Below are positions 49,467-59,427 of a stretch of DNA of 64,000 bases, piece after piece. The translations under genes and the position numbers were made by a program. Position 1 is the stretch's first letter. Every line of letters begins with the position of its first letter. The notes beneath the pieces are model-generated. The model searched no databases, was not told the origin of the DNA, and was given only the letters and a program-made list of their open reading frames with translations. The stretch spans positions 72,960 to 136,959 of the forward strand of contig JBHLMN010000018.1 of assembly GCA_048938105.1 (NCBI GenBank). The letters run 5' to 3'. The stretch is from Promethearchaeota archaeon. GTDB taxonomy: Archaea; Asgardarchaeota; Heimdallarchaeia; Hodarchaeales; Hodarchaeaceae.

Positions 49467-50801
49467 TTACTTAAGTTTAGCTCCACAATTAGTACAAAAT
49501 TTCCCTTGGCCAGTCTGTACTCCACAAAAAGGACAAATAGAGCTTTTCATGTGTGCTTCCTGTAGGGATCGTGACACTGTTGAGGGATAATATTGTCTGG
49601 GACGGACCCTAGCGATTAAACTCTTAACCACAAATATACCTCCACATAGACATATACCTAATCCTCCTCCGTATATCGCCAAGAAGAATAAGAGTATATA
49701 AAAGCCACCAAGCTCATCTGGGTAAGGTCTTGTCTCCTGAGGTACTTCAATTCCAAAAACATTAATAGTAGAACCAACAGAAGCATTCCAGATTCTAACA
49801 GTATGATCAGCTGACCCTGAAGCTATTCTTTCTCCGTCAGGACTCCATCTCACGGAAAATACTTCACCACTGTGACCAACTAAAGTCATACTTGGCTCAT
49901 TTGTGTATGTTACATTGAGTGATGATAGATTCCACATTTTTATGGTATTATCCCCATCTTTACCACGATATTCGTCTCCACCCCCTAATGCTATCATATT
50001 CCCATCTTTGTTCCATGAAACTGAATGTACGCTCATAGAACTTTGTAAATGATATAATAAAGTACCACTAGTGATATTTTGGATAAATACACTACAACCA
50101 CCAGGATATATCACATCACCCATGACACGATGAGTAGCGATTGCTAACTTTTTATTATCTGGACTCCAAGTAACTTCATTAACAGAAGGCATAAGACTAA
50201 AAGTCTGAATTACAGAATTATTAGAAAAATCAAAAATTGAAACATCACCGTTTCTATTTTCATAGGCAAGTTTTTGTCCGTCAGAACTCCATTCTACACT
50301 ATTATGCCAATAAGTTCCATTTATTTCGTGAAGTACGTCCCCTGTTGAAGCATTAATAATCTCAATAACTTTAGAAAAAGCTATTGCGAGCTTATCACCA
50401 TCAGGATGCCAAGCTACAGAAGAAACCATATTATTAGAGTCGTCTGAATATAAACTACCACGATATGTCAAAATTGTCTCACTTCTCGCCAAAGCCAGAA
50501 TAGCCACACCTCCCTCTTCAGAACCAATGGCTAAATACAATCCATCTGGACTCCAATCTACTGACAGAATTGGTGATTCCATATCTATTTTTGATATTAC
50601 TGAATAATCAAGAGCATCCCAGATTATCACTGTTTCATCAGTAGAACCAGAGGCAAGTTTTATCCCATCTGGGTGCCAATCGACGGCTGTTACACTATCA
50701 AGGTGGCCTTCTTGATCATTATGACCAGTTTGTGTTTTTGTCACTAAGATTGAAAGAAAGATAATGATTAAAAAGGTTATTACTAGTTTCTTAGTTAGCA
50801 A
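49467..50801 (-). CDS. Extracellular WD40 beta-propeller + TM + cytoplasmic zinc ribbon
   Basis: Signal peptide; [24 protein letters not shown] repeats; TM; CPFCG...FCTNCGAKL. Confidence 0.9.
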   Translation of the reverse strand: MLTKKLVITFLIIIFLSILVTKTQTGHNDQEGHLDSVTAVDWHPDGIKLASGSTDETVIIWDALDYSVISKIDMESPILSVDWSPDGLYLAIGSEEGGVAILALARSETILTYRGSLYSDDSNNMVSSVAWHPDGDKLAIAFSKVIEIINASTGDVLHEINGTYWHNSVEWSSDGQKLAYENRNGDVSIFDFSNNSVIQTFSLMPSVNEVTWSPDNKKLAIATHRVMGDVIYPGGCSVFIQNITSGTLLYHLQSSMSVHSVSWNKDGNMIALGGGDEYRGKDGDNTIKMWNLSSLNVTYTNEPSMTLVGHSGEVFSVRWSPDGERIASGSADHTVRIWNASVGSTINVFGIEVPQETRPYPDELGGFYILLFFLAIYGGGLGICLCGGIFVVKSLIARVRPRQYYPSTVSRSLQEAHMKSSICPFCGVQTGQGKFCTNCGAKLK

Positions 50802-51066
50802 ATAAAATTCTCCTTTTTTGAAAAAGAAGGAGGTTTTTGATTTACCTGCATTCCCTACTTTTTTCTTTAAACATCATTGAGGATTAAAAATATACTCCTA
50901 TTTATTGCGATGCTTTCGATTCATAACCAAGAGTACAATTCTTCTAATTCTCCTTATATATTTCTTTCCCAATCTATATGGATATAATTTTAAAACTTCG
51001 TCATTTAAATAATAAAGATCCCGTATATCACTCTAATACTTGTTGCTAAAACTTTTATACCAGATC

Positions 51067-52621
51067 AAAACTGTTTGCCAAGCATATAGAGAGGGATAAT
51101 TAGTACCAGTAGTACAAATACGATCTATGTCGAGATCAGTTGAATCCAGTATGATCAACAATGAGGAGGCTAATCTTTATGATTTAAGAGAAATTATATA
51201 AACAATTTCTGTTAAAAGGAACTTACTGAATGAGAATAATCAATTAAAGTGATTTAATTTTGAAATTTAGCAAAGAATTAGTACTTGCAATTATCTTTTC
51301 AATAATTTTTACACTAGGATTAATGAATGCGATATTTATGCTTGTAGAAATTAGTGATCAAGTTCTATCATCTTATAATCCTGATCCTTGGCCTTCTCAC
51401 CCAGAATATGTTCCAAACTATAATGCTATTGTAGAAACATTAACTCCTGTTGGTTATTTTGCTTTTTTTCTCTCAATCATGCTTATTATCCTAGGATTTA
51501 TTATAAAAAGATTTAAACTCTCATTTTTAGGGGCTATTTCTTTATATCTTCCTATTTTTGCAAACTTTGCTTTTATAATGTTTACTTTTGCAGGTATTGG
51601 TCTCATACGTATAATTTGGATTATATTACTTGATGATAATCCACAAGTTCTTATGCTAGGAGATATTATTTTATTACCTGAATATGTCATTCAATCTATA
51701 GAAGGTATACTGAGTTTCTGGATCAATTTACTTCAATTATTTGGTATTCCAGATGGAGTGATATCTTTTTTTTATCTACTATACGAATTACCCAACCTAC
51801 TGAGGTTTACACTCATAGTTCTTATGTTCATCCTAACTTTCATTGGATTGAGTATTTTTATATTTAGTGTCTTTAATTGGTTCTATGGAAAATTTAAAGG
51901 ACATGAAATAATTGATTTTTGGATCTACAAATATTCACGACATCCTCAATATTTAGGTTTTCTAATATCAACTTATGGATTAACAGCATTCCTTCAACCT
52001 GGCTATGGGACATATGTCCCTAATCCAACCTTTTTCTGGATAGTAACTTCTTTAATTCTGATAGCAATCGCAATTCGTGAGGAAAATACTTTATTAAAAG
52101 CGCAATCAAACTTCTATCTATCTTGGAGAGAGAAAACTCCCTTTTTAATCCATGTTCCTAATAAAATTTCTTTCTATCTACTTAAACCTGTGAAAAGAGT
52201 CATTGCTAAGGAATGGCCCGAAACTGATAAAGAAATATTAGTCACAATTCTTGTATATGGATCCATTTTAGTATTCCTAACAATAGTTTTAGCTATTATA
52301 GTGGGACTCATATCTACATTAAGATAAGCTCTCTTTTGAAATTTCGTGGCACAAAACCATATTGAAAAAAAAAAGAAATCATTTAGAAATTTAGTCATAC
52401 TAATCCATTTCCAGTAGATGAATCAAGGAGTTTAAGGAAGCTTTAGGGTAAAAAACCAACTTTACCCATAACTCCACCTGTTAGAATAGTAGATTCTTGA
52501 CTGATAGATAAACCAAAAAACCCAGAAATCATTGTAGTACTCCCGTTAGGACGGTCGAGCGTGATCCATATTGAAAAAACTGTTTATCAAGCATATAGAG
52601 AGGGATAATTAGTACTAGTAG
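51067..52621 (+). repeat. 46-bp direct repeat (51067-51112 and 52576-52621; 3 mismatches) flanking one gene
   Basis: aaaactgttt[gc/at]caagcatatagagagggataattagtac[c/t]agtag. Confidence 0.9.
51260..52327 (+). CDS. ICMT/PEMT-like integral membrane methyltransferase family protein
   Basis: IYKYSRHPQYLG, AIREE.LL...Y..W.EKTP.LI. Confidence 0.75.
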   Translation: MKFSKELVLAIIFSIIFTLGLMNAIFMLVEISDQVLSSYNPDPWPSHPEYVPNYNAIVETLTPVGYFAFFLSIMLIILGFIIKRFKLSFLGAISLYLPIFANFAFIMFTFAGIGLIRIIWIILLDDNPQVLMLGDIILLPEYVIQSIEGILSFWINLLQLFGIPDGVISFFYLLYELPNLLRFTLIVLMFILTFIGLSIFIFSVFNWFYGKFKGHEIIDFWIYKYSRHPQYLGFLISTYGLTAFLQPGYGTYVPNPTFFWIVTSLILIAIAIREENTLLKAQSNFYLSWREKTPFLIHVPNKISFYLLKPVKRVIAKEWPETDKEILVTILVYGSILVFLTIVLAIIVGLISTLR

Positions 52622-52696
52622 CAAATCAATTTTTTGCACTTAAGAAAGTTCTTTTTAGGAGATGTAATATAGGAGGCTTTCATTGGGTGATGACGC

Positions 52697-53329
52697 CTGA
52701 ATTCTAATCTAACTGATGATTATCAACTAGAACAACTCCTTAAAGAATTAGATTCCCAGGATTTCCAAAAACGTGCTGATGCAATCAAAAGACTCGGGCA
52801 AATGGACATCCAGATCAAAGATTTTCCCTTGATTCTGCACACAAAACTGGAGGAATCTTTGCTTGACCCTGTAGCTGAAGTTCGTGGGGAAGCAGCAATG
52901 GCATTAGCATTTCTGGAAGGTGAAATTGCATTACTATTACTAGAAGCATTACTGGATGATCCAGTGCTTTCTGTACGAAGTACTGCCATAGCAGCAATAA
53001 GTTTCATTGGAATTACACCTCCACCCATTATTACTAATAAGATGATGAATTTTTTAACTGCTCCTGAACCTGAACTTCGTGATCGGTGTGCTCGTGCATG
53101 TGGACGATTGAAAATAAACCAAGCAAAAGATAAACTGTTGGAACTTGCAAAGACTGATTCTTACTCTGCTGTAAGAGCTGGTGCTGTTGTCGGGCTAGGT
53201 ATGTTTAAGGATCCTCAACTGGAAATGGAAGTTCGTCAGCTGCTATCAGCAGAGACTTCTCCCCAAGTCATTTCTGCACTCCACGAAACGCTTGCTCTAT
53301 TTGACACTTCTGTTAATAGAAACTTGTGA
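52697..53329 (+). CDS. HEAT/PBS-lyase repeat protein
   Basis: LLDPVAEVRGEAAMALA and similar repeats; frame is open upstream of ATG 52802 with another HEAT unit (LLKELDSQDFQKRADAIKRLG), so a CTG start at 52697 is inferred. Confidence 0.85.
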   Translation: MNSNLTDDYQLEQLLKELDSQDFQKRADAIKRLGQMDIQIKDFPLILHTKLEESLLDPVAEVRGEAAMALAFLEGEIALLLLEALLDDPVLSVRSTAIAAISFIGITPPPIITNKMMNFLTAPEPELRDRCARACGRLKINQAKDKLLELAKTDSYSAVRAGAVVGLGMFKDPQLEMEVRQLLSAETSPQVISALHETLALFDTSVNRNL

Positions 53330-53422
53330 TCTTATTAAGTATTTCAAAGTTAAATTATGGAACCCATTTCGAGGCTTTCAGGAGACCTCAAAAGGTTTAC
53401 TGAAGGCCCACTCTCCAATTCT

Positions 53423-54385
53423 CTATTTCTTTCTATTCACCCACTCCTCTGGTCGGAACCAATCGGCACTCCGTTTCTCGTCAAGAACCTCATCACGAAA
53501 ATCGAAAAAATAGTAGGTAACTCCAGCAAGAATCTTTTCTATGCTTATGAGGCCCGGTGAGGTCTCCGTTAACCAACTTTGGACTTTTTCTACCTCATTA
53601 TATGAAGAAAACAAAAATCGTAGTAATAAGATTGGTTTCTCTTCAACTCTCCATGAATTCCAATAAGAAGGGATAGTTTTCAATTCCCGTGACAATTCTT
53701 CATATAATGGTTCAGTAAATAGAGTCAGTTTTAAACTGAATATCGTCCACGAACTCCGTGCCGTTTTTGCGGGATTTAGTTGAATGGTCTCCTCAATCAT
53801 ATTATTTTTTCGAAGAAACTCTAATCGTTCTATTAATGTCTCAATTGCGATATTTGTTCTCACAGACAGATCACTAAGCGATAAACGCCCTTGCTCACGT
53901 AAGTGTATGAGTATCATCCAATCAATATCCTGAAGGGTAAAAATTTCTTTTTTTGGGGATTTTTGCGCCTCTTCAGACAATGATTGGACTTGAAAAGCCC
54001 GTATCTCTTCAAATGTAGACCCAATCTTTCGAAAATATTTTACTACTGAATATAGCTCACTAATCGTTCGGTAATAAATAAGTGCAAATCCTTCATGATT
54101 TTGCCCGATTGAAATGTAGGAAACTGTCGGATGGATTCCTAGGGAATTGATACGACTCAAATCTATTGATTGACTAGACCGAAAAAAAATTATTGCCTTT
54201 TTAGCTCCAAAAAGTTTGATGGAGGGGACAACTGTGAATCTCAAGATGACACGATCGTTAACTAATCGTTGTGTCCGGGCACCAACTTCCTCGACTGAAA
54301 TATTTAGACGATTAGCCAGATCAGTAAAAGAACATCTGCAATCTTTCTCTAATTCAAAGAGAAGTGATTTATCCACTAAATCCAT
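53423..54385 (-). CDS. Double Lrp/AsnC-type wHTH transcriptional regulator
   Basis: Two copies: 'MDLVDKSLLFELEKDCRCSFTDLANRLNIS' and 'LQDIDWMILIHLREQGRLSLSDLS'. Confidence 0.85.
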   Translation of the reverse strand: MDLVDKSLLFELEKDCRCSFTDLANRLNISVEEVGARTQRLVNDRVILRFTVVPSIKLFGAKKAIIFFRSSQSIDLSRINSLGIHPTVSYISIGQNHEGFALIYYRTISELYSVVKYFRKIGSTFEEIRAFQVQSLSEEAQKSPKKEIFTLQDIDWMILIHLREQGRLSLSDLSVRTNIAIETLIERLEFLRKNNMIEETIQLNPAKTARSSWTIFSLKLTLFTEPLYEELSRELKTIPSYWNSWRVEEKPILLLRFLFSSYNEVEKVQSWLTETSPGLISIEKILAGVTYYFFDFRDEVLDEKRSADWFRPEEWVNRKK

Positions 54386-54684
54386 TTATTAGCTTCCAGA
54401 ATTTGGGGATTAATTATCACAGTGATGAATATTATGAAAATCTCATTTGTTCAGAGAGTTTGATCCGATGATCTAACTCCTATGCTGTGACATTTCTTAC
54501 TCATGATTTGGCCATAAGAATGTTTCCATTAGGGTTAGAACCTTTCGCACAAACAAACATTGTCATTTTCAGGCGTAGCTTCGGAGAAAGAGGTAAGTAT
54601 ATCGGTGATTATAAACGGTAATACCCTTTTTCAATTAATCTTCGTATTAAAAAATGATTTTTCTTTTGATTCTGTAAAACAACT

Positions 54685-55104
54685 TTAGAAATGATCTCTT
54701 ACTTTAATGAAATAGATGAATATCAGGATAGTAAGAATGGGATTGATAAGTGCAATGAGGAGATCATTAATTATAAGTGCTAATAGATACTTATAATTTA
54801 GTAGTATTCCGAGGACATTCAATCCTAATGAGATTAAAGCAATGATGTAAGCAATGATGTTAAGTTTCCAGAGGCCTAATCCCTCCAAGAAGATAAGAAA
54901 CCCAAGAAACAGGAAAATGAATCCCAATGTGCCAAATAATCCAGCAGCTCCTGGACCCAAGATATTTTCAATCTCGGCTGCTAATCCTGCAACTCCACCT
55001 AGGATCATAATCCCAGTAAGTATCCATAACACGCCAGAAATCATGATTAGAATCGCAATTATCGCTATTCCTACAGGTCTCTCGTTTTTACCCATTATAA
55101 TCAA
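54685..55104 (-). CDS. Four-TM small membrane protein
   Basis: 'ERPVGIAIIAIL...GLGLWKL...YF....VRDHF' pattern of a common archaeal membrane family. Confidence 0.75.
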   Translation of the reverse strand: MIIMGKNERPVGIAIIAILIMISGVLWILTGIMILGGVAGLAAEIENILGPGAAGLFGTLGFIFLFLGFLIFLEGLGLWKLNIIAYIIALISLGLNVLGILLNYKYLLALIINDLLIALINPILTILIFIYFIKVRDHF

Positions 55105-55293
55105 CCAGATACCGATTAAAGATGATTGGCTGGCAATAGTTGATTATTTTAAATCTATAACTGTGAACCGTAAGCGATCTTTTAAGAATTATACCTGATT
55201 TTAAACAAATAGGTAATTACCAGGATTTATAAAAAAAACTAAATTCAGTAATTTCTTTTTCATGAATCTACTACGCAAAAATATGATAATTGA

Positions 55294-55896
55294 GTGCAAA
55301 AACAAATGAGAAATGATTTTTCGGCCAGTTTGCCACCGTTTTCAGGAACAATTTTCTTGGTTATTATGCTAATTATAATTTATATTGCAACGATGCTTTT
55401 TTTTCCATACGATCTCTTTATCCAATCTCCTGAAGTCTTCCAATTGTTTGGTGAGAATGAAAAAGTGCTACAAGGGGAGTTTTATCGGTTATTGAGTGCA
55501 ATTTTCATTCATGCGAATGTCGTCCATCTCGCCTCAAATATTTTGTTTTTGATTATCTTCGGGATCCGGTTGGAAGAATTGAGATCGGCTTCATTTCTAG
55601 TTTTGGGGTTTATTTTTTGTGGACTTGTTGGTAATGTAGCATCCCTTCTCTGGTTCTTACTATCAATTCCTATGAATTCGGTTGGATCATCAGGAGCAAT
55701 TTTTGGGATTCTAGGCATAATTTACTATCTGTTACGGGACAAATCGAGATATGAAAGGCGAAAATCTCTTTATCTGCTTATTCTTTTTTTTCTAATTACA
55801 ATAGGTCAGGATACTAATTTCATTTCCCATTTATTTGGGTTGTTAGGAGGTATTTTCTTTGGTTGGCTCGATATTAATCATTTTCCCAGAAAATAA
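55294..55896 (+). CDS. Rhomboid intramembrane serine protease
   Basis: YRLLSAIFIH..VVHLASN, GSSGAIFG (Ser), SHLFGLLGG (His). Confidence 0.95.
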   Translation: MQKQMRNDFSASLPPFSGTIFLVIMLIIIYIATMLFFPYDLFIQSPEVFQLFGENEKVLQGEFYRLLSAIFIHANVVHLASNILFLIIFGIRLEELRSASFLVLGFIFCGLVGNVASLLWFLLSIPMNSVGSSGAIFGILGIIYYLLRDKSRYERRKSLYLLILFFLITIGQDTNFISHLFGLLGGIFFGWLDINHFPRK

Positions 55897-55927
55897 TCTC
55901 AAAGGGGCAACTCAGCTAGTTTCTCTG

Positions 55928-57004
55928 CTAACACGAACCATCCCAGGAAGTGACAAATGTCCATAATGTCTTATACAAATTTTCAAACACAGATAAGTAA
56001 GCTACCTCGAAACCATGACTATTTTTCCGAATATGCCCTATACAGGCTGTTTTTGGACTCGCACCAATATTCCCTACCATTCCAGCATCACTACCACTTG
56101 TTGTATAAACTAATTGTTGTAGCTCTGTTCCTGCAGATTTTGCTGATTCGGATAATATTCCAATTAAATCTTGGCTGTAAAAATATGTACGATCTCGAAT
56201 TCGTATACCAGGTCGACTATCTAATGTCATGGGTGATTCAGACGCGAATGGGCACCCATCAACAGCAATGAAGTATGTTGGGCATAATGATTGAGCTAGA
56301 TATTTCGCTCCAAAGCAACCAATCTCTTCTGCCGTAGTAAATGCTATTATTAAGTTCACTAATGGTGTTACATTCTGTGTTTTTAGTTTCTTTAGAATAT
56401 TGAGTAATGTGACACATCCCATTTTATCATCAAACGTCCATGCTGCTATCATCGGATCTGTTTCTTCCCCAAACAAGATTGGTCCTCTATCTGATTGGAT
56501 TGGAGCAATAAGAGTTCCAGGTTTGATCCCATACTTTTTCAACTTTTCAGGAGTTAATCCAGTTATAATGTGAACGTCCTTCCACTCTAACTTGGTTTCT
56601 GTGTGCTTTACTGTGTGACCGGACCCCATTGCGGTAATCCCTTGAATCACCTTCTTTTCACCATAGATTTCTACAGGGCGTTCACCAAACTTCCATGTGA
56701 GAGTACCACCTACTCTCTCAATCCTTAAAGTGCCATCAGAATTTATTTGTGTTACCATTAAACCGATTTCATCCATATGGGCAGCTAAAACGCAAGTCTC
56801 TTTGCTATTTTTTTGACCAGTTATTTGGACATAGACATTTCCAGCATAATCCCTTTCAGGATTATAACCCCACTGAACACATTTGTTATAGATGCGATCC
56901 GCAAGCTTGATCTCCATCCCTGAAGGAGAAGGAATAGTTAGTAACTCTGAGAAGAGTTGAATTATGTCATTCTGTCTATAGCTCTCATAAATATCGGATT
57001 TCAT
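55928..57004 (-). CDS. M42 family metallo-aminopeptidase (TET/FrvX-like)
   Basis: SPSGME, AAHMDEIG, FDDKMG, EEIG, AVDG, SDAG, SHGFE. Confidence 0.9.
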   Translation of the reverse strand: MKSDIYESYRQNDIIQLFSELLTIPSPSGMEIKLADRIYNKCVQWGYNPERDYAGNVYVQITGQKNSKETCVLAAHMDEIGLMVTQINSDGTLRIERVGGTLTWKFGERPVEIYGEKKVIQGITAMGSGHTVKHTETKLEWKDVHIITGLTPEKLKKYGIKPGTLIAPIQSDRGPILFGEETDPMIAAWTFDDKMGCVTLLNILKKLKTQNVTPLVNLIIAFTTAEEIGCFGAKYLAQSLCPTYFIAVDGCPFASESPMTLDSRPGIRIRDRTYFYSQDLIGILSESAKSAGTELQQLVYTTSGSDAGMVGNIGASPKTACIGHIRKNSHGFEVAYLSVFENLYKTLWTFVTSWDGSC

Positions 57005-57132
57005 AATATTACCTCATTCTTTATGATATCTGGGCTACTATGCCAAACACTATCTTCAATAGTATCAAAAAAAGTCCAAAATCCTAATGATGTGTTAATT
57101 TGACCAGTTTAACTCCATTAAAATAAACTACC

Positions 57133-57183
57133 GCAAAAGCTTTTTAAGTAGCTCTTGGTAATTACACTAAGATTACAAAAAAC
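57133..57183 (+). promoter_or_regulatory. Putative BRE/TATA promoter of SBP paralog 1
   Basis: gcaaaagcTTTTTAAGtagctct; co-duplicated upstream of paralog 2. Confidence 0.5.
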
Positions 57184-57219
57184 AGGGTATAAATTATTGA
57201 CTAAAAGGAGAGGTATCAT

Positions 57220-59151
57220 ATGGGGAAATTACAACTATATGATTTGGGAGTACCAGTCACATTACTCTTAGTCTTATGTGCTGCTAGTACTAGTTTTTCT
57301 TCACCAATGACCGTCATGACCTCCCGTTGGGCTTCTAATTTTCGTCCATGGGGAGGATATGTTGATGATATAATAGCAGTAGTTTATTCGCGAGAGGATA
57401 TCGCCCTAGCTCTAACTGCTTTGCAACAAGGGGGTGATACGGGAGGAATTGACGTCTATGACAACCGAGTTCTGTCAGAATATCTGGCTAGTCTTATGAC
57501 TGATCCAAATATAGCTCTAAATGTCACTCTAGGTACAATTTACAGACAGCTTACTCTGAATAGTGGACGGTTTCCTACTAGTATTACTGGTTACAGGCGA
57601 GCCATGGCTTACGGTATGGATAAATACAAGATTAATGCAGAAGCCATTGGAGGCGCTGGTGTGCCTTTGGATAGCTATATTCCTATCGTTGCGACAGAAT
57701 GGGAGATCGAAACTACTCTAAAAACGCATTTCTATGACAAGAATATCGCAGCTGGTAACGAATCACTTGAGAAGGCAGGTTTTGTAGATTTAGATGGCGA
57801 TGGTTGGCGTGAATGGGATCCTGATGGTGATAAAGTCGCTGATAAGACATCTGATGAGTGTGCAATAGAATTCGACGCTACATTAGGACACGACCCCGCT
57901 ATTATCGCATGTGAAGTTGCAGCAGAGGGTCTGAATGAGATGGGTATGAAAGCAACCGTCTTTGAAGAAGACTTCGCATATCTCATTGATAAAGCACTTA
58001 TAGGTGACTTTTGGGCTATCTGTTTCAGTTGGGGTATAGGGCAAATTAACCCACCTGATCTCTTGTATGATTTATTCCGTTCTGGTCAAACTTATGCAGA
58101 CATATTATTCTATTTTAGTAATGCTTCCATTGATTATGCTCTTGACCAGATGATGGAAGCGAAGACTTTGGAAGAAGCAAAGGCAGCAGCTATTACTGCG
58201 GGTAAGTTACTGGCTTTTGAACAACCAATGATCGTCTGTTACAATGATGTGTTGATTGATGCTTATCGTATAGACAAATGGGAGGGCCATATGGCATTTT
58301 CTGGCTTGGGTGTCGTTCAAATGGGTAATCCATACGCTTACACTCAAATCCGTTTAAGAGATTCCGCAGGGGGCCCCTTAGGAGGGACTTTACGGGTTTG
58401 TTTTTCAGAAGGCTGGGAAAGTACCAATCCGCTTTTGATGACTGAAGATTACAACATGGACAATATTATTTGGGAAGGGTTATGGTCAATCGACCCAAAC
58501 ACCTGGGATCCGATTCCGCAACTAGCTTATGATTGGACTATTGAACAGATTCCTAGTGGCCAGAAGTTCACATTCTATCTGTACAAGGATAGTATATGGC
58601 ATGATGGCGAAAAAGTCATGGCAGATGATGTTGTGTACACTTGGACAGAAGTTTGGCCGCATAGTCCTGAATTAAGTGACGGTTTAGCCAATATTTATGA
58701 TGTTAAAGCCGTAGATGACTATATTGTCGAAATTTACACCAATAAAACAGGCTATTTCGAGTGGGCTCGAGCCACGGGTATTCCAGTCTTACCCAAGCAC
58801 ATCTGGATGCATCAAGGACCAGATTATGAGGAATGGGTACCAAAGGCTTCAGAGATGATTGGATCTGGCCCCTACAAAGTGGACAAGATTGTTGCTGAAC
58901 AGTACACCATCTTTCGAAGACATGAAGACTGGCGTTGGGACATTCGTGATAAACCTACCACAACAGTAACTCCCACAACTACTCCTACAACTACTCCCAC
59001 GACTATAACTACCAAAAAAACTTCTCAAACTTCTTCGGAGACTTCAAAAGCACCTACAATTCCAGCCTCTGGATTTGAATTCTATTCAGTGATCCCAGTG
59101 CTATTCATATCTGGACTTGCTACCATCTATCTCAGACGACGACGAAAATAA
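57220..59151 (+). CDS. ABC-type peptide/nickel solute-binding protein (family 5), Thr-rich linker and SGF-TM anchor; paralog 1
   Basis: RRAMAYGMD, PQLAYDW, WHDG...ADDV.YT, LPKHIW, IGSGPY; DLDGDGWRE loop. Confidence 0.9.
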   Translation: MGKLQLYDLGVPVTLLLVLCAASTSFSSPMTVMTSRWASNFRPWGGYVDDIIAVVYSREDIALALTALQQGGDTGGIDVYDNRVLSEYLASLMTDPNIALNVTLGTIYRQLTLNSGRFPTSITGYRRAMAYGMDKYKINAEAIGGAGVPLDSYIPIVATEWEIETTLKTHFYDKNIAAGNESLEKAGFVDLDGDGWREWDPDGDKVADKTSDECAIEFDATLGHDPAIIACEVAAEGLNEMGMKATVFEEDFAYLIDKALIGDFWAICFSWGIGQINPPDLLYDLFRSGQTYADILFYFSNASIDYALDQMMEAKTLEEAKAAAITAGKLLAFEQPMIVCYNDVLIDAYRIDKWEGHMAFSGLGVVQMGNPYAYTQIRLRDSAGGPLGGTLRVCFSEGWESTNPLLMTEDYNMDNIIWEGLWSIDPNTWDPIPQLAYDWTIEQIPSGQKFTFYLYKDSIWHDGEKVMADDVVYTWTEVWPHSPELSDGLANIYDVKAVDDYIVEIYTNKTGYFEWARATGIPVLPKHIWMHQGPDYEEWVPKASEMIGSGPYKVDKIVAEQYTIFRRHEDWRWDIRDKPTTTVTPTTTPTTTPTTITTKKTSQTSSETSKAPTIPASGFEFYSVIPVLFISGLATIYLRRRRK

Positions 59152-59340
59152 GCGCCTGAAAACTCAATATTACCTAATTTTCACCTTTACCCTTCTCCTT
59201 TTTTTGAAACGATGTCTTTCGGTCACACATACTTTTTTCCGATTTTTTTAAATTTCGTGTAGAATGAGTGCATGTAATACTTCGTTTTTCGTTTTGGCCT
59301 GTTATTTTTACCAATTTATACCAATTAAAGTTAATTATCA

Positions 59341-59391
59341 CGAAACATTTTTAAGGAGCTCTAAGGAATCATATAGAGACTACGAAAAATC
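59341..59391 (+). promoter_or_regulatory. Putative BRE/TATA promoter of SBP paralog 2
   Basis: cgaaacaTTTTTAAGgagctct, similar to 57133-57183. Confidence 0.5.
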
Positions 59392-59427
59392 ATAAAATAA
59401 ATTATGAATAAATAGGAAGGATTTAAT

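Noticed and set aside
54421-54470. C/D-box sRNA (GTGATGA at 54422)
   Set aside because: No convincing CTGA D box or internal D'/C' pair
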